From a virus: a stretch of 64,000 bases of DNA. Made by a program: the position numbers and the translations under genes. Position 1 is the stretch's first letter. The number at the start of each line of letters is the position of its first letter. Below are positions 17,461 to 26,973 of this stretch, piece by piece. The stretch lies in IMG/VR virus record IMGVR_UViG_3300044844_000928; one strand, 5' to 3'. Under the pieces are notes generated by a model, which was given only the letters and a program-made list of their open reading frames with translations, ran no database searches and was not told the DNA's origin.

Positions 17461-17566
17461 AAATAAATTTAAAAATAATTAAAAAAAAGCTTTACTTTTG
17501 GAAATAATCAAGTATAATAGAGTCTAATGAAGTTAAACCGTAATGATATTTGGAGTGTGTAAAATG
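17461..17566 (+). promoter_or_regulatory. Repeated early promoter cassette
   Basis: TTTACT 17491, TATAAT 17513; upstream AT tract shared with 39620-39656. Confidence 0.85.
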
Positions 17567-17731
17567 ATTAGATTTATTATTGGCTTTTTGGTTATGTTAG
17601 GCGCATCAAGTTTGACTGATGTTGAACCTACTGTTTCTTTGCTGAACATTTTTGGGTTAGCGGTACTGGGTATTTCTTTAATGGCAAGTGGTACTATTGC
17701 CTTGCGTAAAAAAGAATTTGAAAATAATTAA
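17564..17731 (+). CDS. Small membrane protein
   Basis: Two hydrophobic segments; start after GGAG. Confidence 0.6.
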   Translation: MIRFIIGFLVMLGASSLTDVEPTVSLLNIFGLAVLGISLMASGTIALRKKEFENN

Positions 17732-17817
17732 AATAAAGCTTTACTTTTACAAAATTAGTAGTATAATAGAGTCTAATGAAGTTAAACCTTAATGAATTAT
17801 TTGGAGCGTATAAAATG
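17731..17817 (+). promoter_or_regulatory. Repeated early promoter cassette
   Basis: TTTACT 17740, TATAAT 17762, shared leader. Confidence 0.88.
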
Positions 17818-18150
17818 ACTAATAAAATTAAATTGACTGAAGTAGTGGCTTTAATCGCTGCTGAGTTTAAAGCAACACCTGCTAAAGAAGTTATAAAAAA
17901 CCAATTCAACCCTGAACATAAAGCAATTAGAAAATTGGTCGAAAATACCTATTCAGTATCAGAAGATATTTCTTACACTTTATTACAGGTTGCATACGGC
18001 TTTTATGGTAAAGAACATTATATTGAACGCCAAGCAAACGCTGAGCAAAGATTACAGTATGCCGATAGTTACCAAGCCGGTTCATGGGATAGAGAAGATA
18101 TTAAGTATTACTCTGATATCAACCACTTCTTAAAACACAATGTTGAGTAA
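17815..18150 (+). CDS. Hypothetical early protein
   Basis: Start after GGAG. Confidence 0.65.
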   Translation: MTNKIKLTEVVALIAAEFKATPAKEVIKNQFNPEHKAIRKLVENTYSVSEDISYTLLQVAYGFYGKEHYIERQANAEQRLQYADSYQAGSWDREDIKYYSDINHFLKHNVE

Positions 18151-18170
18151 AATTATTTTTAAAAAAGATA

Positions 18171-18256
18171 AAAAAAGCTTTACTTTTACAAAAAACATAG
18201 TATAATAGATCGTAATGAAGTTAAACCTTAATGAATTATCCGGAGCGTATAAAATG
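18171..18256 (+). promoter_or_regulatory. Repeated early promoter cassette
   Basis: TTTACT 18179, TATAAT 18201, shared leader. Confidence 0.88.
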
Positions 18257-18742
18257 ACTAACCAAACTTCTTCTAAAGCTAAATTTACTCCTGACGAATA
18301 CTTAGGCGTTGCAGTTGCCTTTTATAACCGTTCGCCAAAAGGCGTTTCTGGTTTAACTAAAACTGACTTTGAATTGACTAACGCATATTTCGGCGTTAAA
18401 GGCGCTCCATCGTTTTTATGGAAATGGCAACGTGATAACAGAATCTCTACTGGTATCTACGCTATTCCTAATGTGTCTGTCGTTGACTTAGCTGATAACG
18501 ATATCGAAACTAACGATGTTGAGTTTGAATCAAATATCCGTACCCAATTGTACAAAACTATTGACACTGAAGGTAATTACCAAGTTGTGTTTTTAAACAA
18601 CGATCGCGTTAATGTTAACGTTGATACCGCTGAAAAAGTGTTATCGTTTTTAGATTTATTGAAACCAGAATTAAGATTAACCGTTCAAGAAGCTATCGTT
18701 GAATCTGTAGCTAAATTTAACGCTGTTGTTGCTATGATTTAA
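18254..18742 (+). CDS. Hypothetical early protein
   Basis: Start after GGAG. Confidence 0.7.
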   Translation: MTNQTSSKAKFTPDEYLGVAVAFYNRSPKGVSGLTKTDFELTNAYFGVKGAPSFLWKWQRDNRISTGIYAIPNVSVVDLADNDIETNDVEFESNIRTQLYKTIDTEGNYQVVFLNNDRVNVNVDTAEKVLSFLDLLKPELRLTVQEAIVESVAKFNAVVAMI

Positions 18743-18762
18743 TTCATTACTCTCCGAAGTCT

Positions 18763-18787
18763 GCCGGCTATTAAGCCGGCTTTTTTA
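18763..18787 (+). terminator. Rho-independent terminator
   Basis: gccggct-atta-agccggc followed by T7. Confidence 0.9.
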
Positions 18788-18798
18788 CGCCTGAAATT

Positions 18799-18807
18799 CA
18801 CTAAATA
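18799..18807 (+). promoter_or_regulatory. Late promoter (cTAAATA)
   Basis: T4-type late -10 core about 25 nt before the ATG. Confidence 0.65.
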
Positions 18808-18830
18808 ATAGTATCAAAATAGGAGATTTT

Positions 18831-20261
18831 ATGTTAACATTTAAAGATTTTAGAAATAGGCTAAACCAGCTTGATGAAGGCACAGAATATCACCTTGGAC
18901 AAAGTGGATTTATTAAACTATTAGAAAAAAATCCAAACTTCAAACCATTAGTGGACGCACTAGAATCAGTTTCGTCCCAATTACATTTGTTGGTTAAAGA
19001 TGATACTTTATCTAATGTAATCACGTTTAAGGTTTTAACCGGTAAAGATTTCACTAAAATTGAATCAATATTCAATAAAGTGATTCACATTGTGTCTGAT
19101 GTAAAGGTTAAGCATGGTGTTCAAATTGAATTCAAATACGAAGGTGTTAAATTCGTATTGTATAGTTCCGGCGGTAGGTTAACCAATGTATTTGATGAGC
19201 AAGGAAATAAGCTTAAAGACTCAGCGCCTAAAACTGAGCAACAAGAAGATGCTGTAACCTTTGCGCTTAATCAACACTCATTACCAACTGAAGATGAAAT
19301 TAATAAAAAGATTGGGTTCAAGTTTGATTCTAAATGGCACCATTCTTTTGCTAGAACGTATAATTTAATCACTAACCAACTTGGAATAGGACAATATACA
19401 TTTTATAGAGATTCGAGCAAAAATAAGCCGGCTATTCTTAACAAAATGATGACGTCCAAATATCTGCCAGACTCAAAAGATAACTGGAATCCTTCTGACG
19501 TTTGGGCTATACATAATGGCAAAGAACAAGAAGTGACTGCGCGAATTCAAGAAGTGCTATCATTATTCGATAAAAAACAAGCTACCATTTATGATTTGAA
19601 CCTTGAACTTGAAAACCTGTTCATAGAAAAATTATTGATTGGAATTTCTTTAAAGAAAATTGAAAAAGGCGCGGGTTCAATTAAACCGGTAAAGGTAACA
19701 GAACATTATGTTAGTTCTGTTAAATTCGTTAATCCTATTTCAGAATCTAAATTCAAATATGACACAACATTGAGTTACATTGATTTGAACTGCGAATTCA
19801 ACGTGTTAAATGATTCTATAAATTATCAGTTTAGAATTGCACCAAGAGCTTCTTCTGGTGATTTGAATCTTTACATACAGGGCGCTATTTTTCCACAAAA
19901 GGGTAAATGGGATGGGTCTGTATCTAAGATATTACTTAACACATCAACTGAAAATAAAATTGCTGATTTTAAACAAACTGCTGAAGTATTAGAGGTAGGT
20001 AATACCGTTCAACAAGGATTAGTGGCACTAGGCGATGAAAACTTTACGAATTGGGTAAATAAAGGAAGTTCAGTATTCCTTAGTTCTATTACAGGAATAG
20101 ATGATGAATTAAAGGATACATATACAATTAAACGGGCGTTATGCTTATTGAATTTCGTATATGAGTTAGAACAGTTAAACATTCCAGATATATTTAGAAA
20201 AATGTTCTTGAGTTCAACTAAGATGAATGATTTTTCATCTATCCATTTTAAAGTATCATAA
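18831..20261 (+). CDS. Putative PD-(D/E)xK-fold nuclease with capsid-targeting-like N-terminus
   Basis: TEQQE...DNWNPSDVWA...IGISLKK; MLTFKDFR..LDE leader. Confidence 0.55.
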   Translation: MLTFKDFRNRLNQLDEGTEYHLGQSGFIKLLEKNPNFKPLVDALESVSSQLHLLVKDDTLSNVITFKVLTGKDFTKIESIFNKVIHIVSDVKVKHGVQIEFKYEGVKFVLYSSGGRLTNVFDEQGNKLKDSAPKTEQQEDAVTFALNQHSLPTEDEINKKIGFKFDSKWHHSFARTYNLITNQLGIGQYTFYRDSSKNKPAILNKMMTSKYLPDSKDNWNPSDVWAIHNGKEQEVTARIQEVLSLFDKKQATIYDLNLELENLFIEKLLIGISLKKIEKGAGSIKPVKVTEHYVSSVKFVNPISESKFKYDTTLSYIDLNCEFNVLNDSINYQFRIAPRASSGDLNLYIQGAIFPQKGKWDGSVSKILLNTSTENKIADFKQTAEVLEVGNTVQQGLVALGDENFTNWVNKGSSVFLSSITGIDDELKDTYTIKRALCLLNFVYELEQLNIPDIFRKMFLSSTKMNDFSSIHFKVS

Positions 20262-20310
20262 CACGCTAAATATAATAAACACGATAATGAATATATCGTC
20301 TCCTACACAC

Positions 20311-21003
20311 TTAACATTTTTTATTGGCACTTACAATTTCTCCAGTTGACCATCTAATATCATTTTTAGAAATTCGACCTAAAGATTCTCCGGTTGACAC
20401 TAATTTTGCTGAAGCTGTGTTTAAACTTGTTTCAGATGCACGCATTCTTTGGTATTCTGATTGAGGTTTCTGTATATAATTTTCGTGTATAGTTTTCCAT
20501 TGTAAAGCTTCTTTACAAGTTACACCACCATAAATTTCTTTATTTGAATAAAATTGTTCTTTTGTTACACGCACTCGTGTATTAAGTTGTTTATCCCACG
20601 CAGATACCATCCCATAACCTATATTGGAAGAACCGCGTTGACTTTCTGAAAACATCTTTTTAGCCGCAGCATATAGCACAGATAATGACCGTTGATGTTT
20701 TTGTTTATTCTGATTGCACATGCCGTTAAATGCTGAAATCATTTTGTAATTATTTGTTGCTTTAGCCAACAAATAATGTGCAATAAAATGTGCTCTGTGT
20801 GGAAGTTTAATTAAATTAAAATTTGATATTTTAAATTCTGGAAATAATGATTTAGGTAATATGTGATGATATTCAAAATATCCACTTATTGTGTATTGCA
20901 TAGACTCATAATGATTAATAAATTTTATGTATCTATCCATGTATAATTTATTTTCACTTATCGCAAAAAGTTTTTCTGTTACGCATATATTTGTACTGGT
21001 CAT
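20311..21003 (-). CDS. Free-standing HNH homing endonuclease
   Basis: FEYHHILPKS...NLIKLPHRAHFIAHYLL. Confidence 0.85.
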   Translation of the reverse strand: MTSTNICVTEKLFAISENKLYMDRYIKFINHYESMQYTISGYFEYHHILPKSLFPEFKISNFNLIKLPHRAHFIAHYLLAKATNNYKMISAFNGMCNQNKQKHQRSLSVLYAAAKKMFSESQRGSSNIGYGMVSAWDKQLNTRVRVTKEQFYSNKEIYGGVTCKEALQWKTIHENYIQKPQSEYQRMRASETSLNTASAKLVSTGESLGRISKNDIRWSTGEIVSANKKC

Positions 21004-21106
21004 AGTAATTTCCTTAAATTATCTTTAGAATGATTAGCGCTACTGGGAATTGACGTTCCGCGAGTGGCTTTTATAAATTTTTCTATTATATTTAACAAGG
21101 TTTAAC

Positions 21107-22252
21107 ATGAGTTTATTACACGAATATTTAAAAGTTGATAATTTAAATGGTGGTTATGGGCAACCACAATTATTATTATGTGGCGGAAATGTATCTATTG
21201 GTGACATTTCCGCAGAACGTATCGACCTCTCAAAAATAAAACGTGACGACATTGTACCTGTCCTTGATGACGCACTTCATAAAATGTCTGCAGCATTCAC
21301 TAAAATGAACGGCTTACCTTTATGGGACGCAAAGTTACTTAAATCAAAAGAATTTTTATCTGGTTCAGCGTTCCACTTTTTCGATTTAAAACATATCGAT
21401 TCAAACATGTTCTCTTCTAAAAAGAAATCTGTTGGTGATATTGATACCCAAGCAGACGTTCTATTAACGCCTATGATTGAAGATTGGTTAATCAAATCTG
21501 TCAATCAAACATACGGCGACCTTACCTTAATCGGTCATAAAAATTCTGCTGGTCAATTTATTTCATTATGGTACTCTAAACAGTTTGATATTAATATTCA
21601 GATTGATTTTGAATTGGTTGACTTTAAAAACGGTAAACCAACAGAATGGAGTAATTTCTCTCATTCATCATCTTGGACAGATATCGTTGAAGGAATTAAA
21701 GGTTTACATCATAAATTCTTGATGCAAAGTTTAGCCGCAGATAAAAAAGAGCCAATCATTATTCTTACAGGTAAAACCAGAAAGCCTAAAGAAACTGATA
21801 AGACTAAGTTAGCATTCTCTGTTCAAAAAGGCTTGAGACTCCGTTACGTTCCGCATTTAGATGATGCTGGGAATATCGTTATGCAAAACGGTAAACCTGT
21901 GTATGATGAAATTGATGCTAAAGATTCTGTAATCCATACCGAACTTGAAACAATTTTTGATATCTATTTTGAAAGAAAAGCTACTAAAGCCGATATCGAA
22001 AGTATGAAGTCGTTTATAGGCTTAGTGAAACTGGTTAAACAATATAAATCGCATGCACAAATTGCTGAAATTTTTGACGATTACGTTGAAAGATTGTTTG
22101 GCAAAGGCGCTCAAGGAATCGTTAAAGGAAATCCTTTAGGTGATTATGATGAGAAGTTTCCTGGAGTTTATTATTTCTCTCAACAAGCTAATATCAATCT
22201 AGACAAATACAAACAGATGATTGCTGATTACTATAAAAATTACAAGGTGTAA
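21107..22252 (+). CDS. Pol-beta-superfamily nucleotidyltransferase-like protein
   Basis: LSGSA...GDIDTQ (hG[GS]..DxD) and third Asp in QIDF. Confidence 0.65.
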   Translation: MSLLHEYLKVDNLNGGYGQPQLLLCGGNVSIGDISAERIDLSKIKRDDIVPVLDDALHKMSAAFTKMNGLPLWDAKLLKSKEFLSGSAFHFFDLKHIDSNMFSSKKKSVGDIDTQADVLLTPMIEDWLIKSVNQTYGDLTLIGHKNSAGQFISLWYSKQFDINIQIDFELVDFKNGKPTEWSNFSHSSSWTDIVEGIKGLHHKFLMQSLAADKKEPIIILTGKTRKPKETDKTKLAFSVQKGLRLRYVPHLDDAGNIVMQNGKPVYDEIDAKDSVIHTELETIFDIYFERKATKADIESMKSFIGLVKLVKQYKSHAQIAEIFDDYVERLFGKGAQGIVKGNPLGDYDEKFPGVYYFSQQANINLDKYKQMIADYYKNYKV

Positions 22253-22253
22253 T

Positions 22254-23159
22254 ATGATAACATTTAGTCAACTTAGAGCAAAATTAGACGAAGCAGTTGT
22301 TGCTACCAGTCGTGAATCTATTATCCATCTTCAAGGAATGAAGGATGTTGAGTTTATCAATTTTATGCGTTCAGTTAAATCTGAACTCAAAGGTAAACTT
22401 AAGAACATACCGGTAGCGCTTAAAGTGGATGGATTTGGTTTCAGAGTAGGTAAAAATGACGCCGGTAAAATATACGTTGAGTCTTCACGTTCTGGTCCAA
22501 TTTTTGATTCAGGCGCGTTCACTTCATTCAATAAATCTAAAGGTGTTACCGATCCTATTGTGCTTGAACGCTCGGCACATTATGATGACGTTCTTGAGCA
22601 TTTTAAATCAAGTAAATTTGCCGCCGTTTTACCTACCGATTCAAAGGTTGTCGTAGAAACGCTATATAATCCATTGGGTAAACAAGAAAATGATTGGATT
22701 CAGTTTGTGTCTGTCAAATATGACAAATCTAAACTGGGTTCTTTAATGACATTATTTCCTTTGAAAGTTTTAGTATCATCAACCGGTGAAACTCATCCTG
22801 ATGAAGCAGAAATACTCAAGGCGCTTTATGCTACTTCAAGCGATTCAATTAAGGTTCTTGATCCAACATTAAAAATGAAAGAGATTGATATTTCTGGATT
22901 TATTAGTCCTCTTGATTCAATCACAGACAGAACGATTGAAATTATCAACAGCAGAAAAGCCGCAGATAAAGAAGAAAAGTTAGCGGTAAAGGCTATGCTT
23001 CAAAAACTGAAAGATGAGTTGGCTGAATACATTATATCTCATCAAAACATACAAGGCAAAGATATGATTGGTAAAAATTTAGAGGGTATCGTTATGAAGA
23101 TATCTGATAAATTAGTTAAAATTACTACAACTGAATTTAAAAACAGAGCTAAATTATGA
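22254..23159 (+). CDS. Ligase-like covalent nucleotidyltransferase-fold protein
   Basis: KVDG (motif I), EGIV (IV), VKI (V); MITFSQL..LDE leader. Confidence 0.6.
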   Translation: MITFSQLRAKLDEAVVATSRESIIHLQGMKDVEFINFMRSVKSELKGKLKNIPVALKVDGFGFRVGKNDAGKIYVESSRSGPIFDSGAFTSFNKSKGVTDPIVLERSAHYDDVLEHFKSSKFAAVLPTDSKVVVETLYNPLGKQENDWIQFVSVKYDKSKLGSLMTLFPLKVLVSSTGETHPDEAEILKALYATSSDSIKVLDPTLKMKEIDISGFISPLDSITDRTIEIINSRKAADKEEKLAVKAMLQKLKDELAEYIISHQNIQGKDMIGKNLEGIVMKISDKLVKITTTEFKNRAKL

Positions 23160-23779
23160 AAAAGACATTAGTATGTGCGTTCGGCAGAGCAAACATTTTT
23201 CATAAAGGTCATATGGCGTTGGTTACTGAAATTGAAAGAATTGCCAAACAACATGATGCAGACCCAGCTGTATTTTTATCTCATACAGAAAATAAAAAGA
23301 ACCCACTTCCATATGATGTAAAAGCTAAACTGATGAATAAATGGACTCGTGGTACGGTCAAACTTGACCCAGATACTAAAGTCAAAATCATAGGTAACTT
23401 ATTACATTATGCAAATGAACATAATTATGAGAATATAATTATTGTATGTGGTTCGGATAGATATCCTGAATACAGTAAATCTTTGCCGGCTTTTGCTGAA
23501 AGCCGAGATTATTTCAAATTCAAAAGTGTAAAGGTAATGGCGCTTCAACGCGATCCAGATGCAGATGAAAGCGATGCTGCTAGTATGTCTGGCACAGCTA
23601 TGCGCAAATATGTTACTGAGGGCGATTTTGATTCTTTTAGAAAATCTTTACCAGATCCTTGTACTGATGCTGAAGCTAAAATCGTTTGGAAGTTAGCGCA
23701 AAAGGGGTTAGGCGTTAAAGGCTTGACTGAATCAATATTATCTTATAAAGACTTTAAGGTGCTTAATGAAACAGAATAA
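23156..23779 (+). CDS. Cytidylyltransferase-like (HIGH) nucleotidyltransferase
   Basis: FGR..HKGH, NPLPY, GSDR, MSGTAMR. Confidence 0.85.
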   Translation: MKKTLVCAFGRANIFHKGHMALVTEIERIAKQHDADPAVFLSHTENKKNPLPYDVKAKLMNKWTRGTVKLDPDTKVKIIGNLLHYANEHNYENIIIVCGSDRYPEYSKSLPAFAESRDYFKFKSVKVMALQRDPDADESDAASMSGTAMRKYVTEGDFDSFRKSLPDPCTDAEAKIVWKLAQKGLGVKGLTESILSYKDFKVLNETE

Positions 23780-24665
23780 AGATGTAATCAAAATTTTAGC
23801 AGATATCTTTGGTGTTGACCTTAAAGATAAAGACGCTAATGCTAAGATATTAAAGAAGTTAAAAACGGCTAATGTGCCGGCAGAATTAAAACAATCGGCT
23901 ATGAATATTCTTATGCCAACGACATCTGAGAGTGTTATGAATTTTAAAGATTTTAGAAAAAAATTAATGGAACACGGTTCTGTTTCTATGTCTACATCTT
24001 CTGATATAACTAAGCCGGTAGACAATGACCGCAAAGTGGCAGGAAAACAAGGCGATGAAACCGGTAAATTCGCAGACGTGAATATGGATATTGAAGATGG
24101 CATGGAACATATGTCTGATGAAGAAATCGATAATATGCTAGGCGATGTTAACGATCTTGAAGATCTAGTTGACTTAGGTGGCGTAGATTCAGACGAATTG
24201 CATGTTGTGAGTGATACAGGCGATTCTGTTGCTGATGTTGTTGATGACGATGATGACGAAGCAGGCGAATCTGCGGGTAAACTTAAAAAATCAAAACAAG
24301 ACCCATTAGAGGGAGAATTGTCTACTGTTGATGAAGCTTGGAAAGGGTTAACCGTAGCGGATAGAATTAAACGCAGACAAGTATTTGCCAGAAGCGCGGT
24401 TAAACGTCAACGCGGTATGAAATTGGCTTTACACACTATGCCTTCTCCTCAAAGAATTGAAGACCGCGCACGTAGAACTGCGGTCGGTTTGTTAAAAAGA
24501 AAACTTTCTAATGGTAAGTCTGATGCGGAATTGACTTTACCTGAAAAGCAAAGAATGGAAAGAATCATTGCCAAGAAAGGACCTCTGCTAGCCAAAATGG
24601 CGGCAAAATTAACTAGCAAAGTGAAACAAATTGCTATCTCTAGATTTAAGCATCGCCCACACTAA
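23766..24665 (+). CDS. Conserved T4-like hypothetical protein (acidic middle, basic C-terminus), likely virion-associated
   Basis: Internal FKDFRKKLME motif; RARRTA basic region. Confidence 0.6.
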   Translation: MKQNKDVIKILADIFGVDLKDKDANAKILKKLKTANVPAELKQSAMNILMPTTSESVMNFKDFRKKLMEHGSVSMSTSSDITKPVDNDRKVAGKQGDETGKFADVNMDIEDGMEHMSDEEIDNMLGDVNDLEDLVDLGGVDSDELHVVSDTGDSVADVVDDDDDEAGESAGKLKKSKQDPLEGELSTVDEAWKGLTVADRIKRRQVFARSAVKRQRGMKLALHTMPSPQRIEDRARRTAVGLLKRKLSNGKSDAELTLPEKQRMERIIAKKGPLLAKMAAKLTSKVKQIAISRFKHRPH

Positions 24666-24677
24666 AAGGAAACAACA

Positions 24678-25262
24678 ATGAGTTTATGGAAAAAAGAAGA
24701 TACTGAAGCTGGCGTTCCAGCTTATTTGTCAGAAGAAGATCGTAAAAAAGCTATTTTTGTAGATAATACTGAAGCAGCTGACGCAGATACTAAAGCAAAG
24801 GGTATTACCGGACCAGGATGGTGGTTATACGAAAGTCGTAAAGATTCATCTGGCACTCTTCGTCATTATGCTGAAAAATTAGTCCCAATGAGAGCTGTAG
24901 CTGGTGTTAGTGTTGATGACCGTATCGGCGATACCAATATCGAAGTTGCTGATACTTATGTATTATCTGTAACAACTGCACCGGTTAACCGTTCAGTCAC
25001 AGCTCCAGCGGCTACTACGTTTGGTGTCACTGCTGCTATCTCTTCAGGCGGCGGCTCTATTAGTTATCAATGGCAAGTTGCTAACGCAGGTTCTAAATCG
25101 TTTACTTCAATCACTAATGGTGGAGTTTATACTACGGCAACAACTGCAACATTGAATATTTCTAACACAACTGGTTTAACCGGTAAAAAATATCGTGTTA
25201 TTATTACTGCTACAAATGCTGTAGCTGTTACTTCAAGTTCTGCTACATTAACTGTCGCATAA
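24678..25262 (+). CDS. Virion protein with Ig-like domain
   Basis: ISYQWQ...LNISN...KYRVII...TLTV. Confidence 0.75.
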   Translation: MSLWKKEDTEAGVPAYLSEEDRKKAIFVDNTEAADADTKAKGITGPGWWLYESRKDSSGTLRHYAEKLVPMRAVAGVSVDDRIGDTNIEVADTYVLSVTTAPVNRSVTAPAATTFGVTAAISSGGGSISYQWQVANAGSKSFTSITNGGVYTTATTATLNISNTTGLTGKKYRVIITATNAVAVTSSSATLTVA

Positions 25263-25275
25263 CTATAGGTAATTT

Positions 25276-25623
25276 ATGGGTCTGAATAACGACAATTTTA
25301 TGTTGTTTTGTATAACACATTACGATAATGTGCAGTGTCATTCTTTTGATGAATTTAAAAAAGATTTGGCATTATTTGTTATGTTGAAAAAGTTGTTATT
25401 CAGATTCGTATACAAAGATGATGATTGTATACGACTAATCGTTAATAACATAACAACTCTATACAATTTATTTGGTGACGCAACACAGGAATTGTTGCTT
25501 TTCAAACTAGATAAAAAATATCATTCTATTGTATTTACAGTTCTGGCGTATCTTGGCAAAGTTAATTATAACGAATCCAATATGGATAAACTGACTGTTG
25601 AAAAACTTAAAGGATTATTATAA
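25276..25623 (+). CDS. Conserved T4-like hypothetical protein
   Basis: NFMLF..HYDN.QC...EF..DL, RLIVN...NLFG. Confidence 0.7.
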   Translation: MGLNNDNFMLFCITHYDNVQCHSFDEFKKDLALFVMLKKLLFRFVYKDDDCIRLIVNNITTLYNLFGDATQELLLFKLDKKYHSIVFTVLAYLGKVNYNESNMDKLTVEKLKGLL

Positions 25624-26072
25624 TGACACCGATTACACATTCTGATGTAAATATAAATAAAAAGCAGATTACGCTCAACCCGCTGGTAGATAACTTGCTG
25701 GCGCTAAAGGTTTTGACTCTTTTGATTCAACCCTTTACAGAATATGATGCATATAAACTAGGTATTATTGATGGCGAAGGCAACGTCCTGAAACATTATA
25801 ATACATTGAACAAAGCAGAAGAAAAGGCGGCTACTAATTACCTCTATAGAATTGTGATTAACATTAAAAAATTAATTGCTAAACTGCCTATGGGTGATTG
25901 GTATATGCGACACCTTGCTACCTCTCTATTTTTGGTTAAAGAATCTTACGATAACCCAGAAATGGATTTAGCCTTACTTGAAGATAAATTCTTCTCTGTT
26001 TTACAATCTGAACAGCTAATCATTGAAGAACTTGCTGTAATAGAATTTATGAATAACCATAAGGAAAAATAA
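25623..26072 (+). CDS. Conserved T4-like hypothetical protein
   Basis: PF..YDAYKLGIID..G. Confidence 0.7.
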   Translation: MTPITHSDVNINKKQITLNPLVDNLLALKVLTLLIQPFTEYDAYKLGIIDGEGNVLKHYNTLNKAEEKAATNYLYRIVINIKKLIAKLPMGDWYMRHLATSLFLVKESYDNPEMDLALLEDKFFSVLQSEQLIIEELAVIEFMNNHKEK

Positions 26073-26347
26073 TGTTAGGGTTTGAAGAATTTAAACAAAC
26101 TGTATTAGAAAGCCTTTCTTCTGATATCGAATATGAATTAATTGAAGAAAGCGAAAAGGGTGAATATGATGCGGTTGGCTGGCGAACAACTAAAACGCCA
26201 GAAGGGCATAAATGGCAAGTCCATGGTTTTAAATATGGCAAAGGTGAAACTGTTATCCATAGCGGTATTGAAGACACTAGAGCTAGAGCTGTAGGAAAAG
26301 CCAAAAAACATGTTGTCCCTGCAAGACGCGCAAACGAAACTAAATAA
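26072..26347 (+). CDS. Putative internal head protein
   Basis: MLGFEEFKQTVLES leader. Confidence 0.6.
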   Translation: MLGFEEFKQTVLESLSSDIEYELIEESEKGEYDAVGWRTTKTPEGHKWQVHGFKYGKGETVIHSGIEDTRARAVGKAKKHVVPARRANETK

Positions 26348-26386
26348 AAATAAAATAATCTAAACCGCTACGGCAGTTTACACTCC

Positions 26387-26413
26387 AACCCAGCCTAATC
26401 CGCTGGGTTTTTT
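26387..26413 (+). terminator. Rho-independent terminator
   Basis: aacccagc / gctgggtt stem plus T run. Confidence 0.85.
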
Positions 26414-26458
26414 GTGCCTAATACTTCATAAAAGATATAATTTTTAACATAAAATTTC

Positions 26459-26530
26459 GTAAGTCATTGATTTTATTAGCTTTTATTAAAAATGCTTAAA
26501 ATATAAACCCGTTATAAATCAATGACTTAC
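26459..26530. promoter_or_regulatory. 15-bp inverted repeat, each arm matching the IHF consensus
   Basis: gtaagtcattgattt (26459-73) and aaatcaatgacttac (26516-30); fits WATCAANNNNTTR. Confidence 0.7.
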
Positions 26531-26613
26531 AAAATAACAAAATTAAGGGATGAAAAACGGGTAAAGGGTAAGGGGTCAAAAATATAGAACGCGATTTGAC
26601 GTAAAAATAAAAC

Positions 26614-26681
26614 TTTACTTTATGTCCTCAAACACGTATAATAGCCTAGTCGGGCGTGAATTGAGGTTAAGCGCTTAAAAA
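26614..26681 (+). repeat. Copy 2 of promoter plus conserved 39-bp element
   Basis: Core identical to 1562-1600. Confidence 0.95.
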
Positions 26682-26702
26682 TATTCCTATATTGATTAAA
26701 GC

Positions 26703-26731
26703 TTTACTTTAGGTTCAATTCGCCGTATAAT
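26703..26731 (+). promoter_or_regulatory. Promoter
   Basis: TTTACT-N17-TATAAT. Confidence 0.8.
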
Positions 26732-26755
26732 TAACTCTCTTTAAAAGGAAACATT

Positions 26756-26968
26756 ATGTATAATTATTTTGCTAGTCCATGGTTTATTTTCACAAGTATT
26801 TTGCTATTCTTTAGCGTAATTTTGTCTATCGTAATATTAACCGATGATGTTCCAGGAAATTACTATATGCAAAGGTTTGAAGCTTGCCAAGCAGATCCTA
26901 AGTGTGTGTATGATATTCACGATTTACCAGCTTCAAAAATCAGAGAATTCGCAAAATCTAAAGGGTAG
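26756..26968 (+). CDS. Small membrane-anchored protein
   Basis: N-terminal hydrophobic helix. Confidence 0.6.
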   Translation: MYNYFASPWFIFTSILLFFSVILSIVILTDDVPGNYYMQRFEACQADPKCVYDIHDLPASKIREFAKSKG

Positions 26969-26973
26969 GTGCT

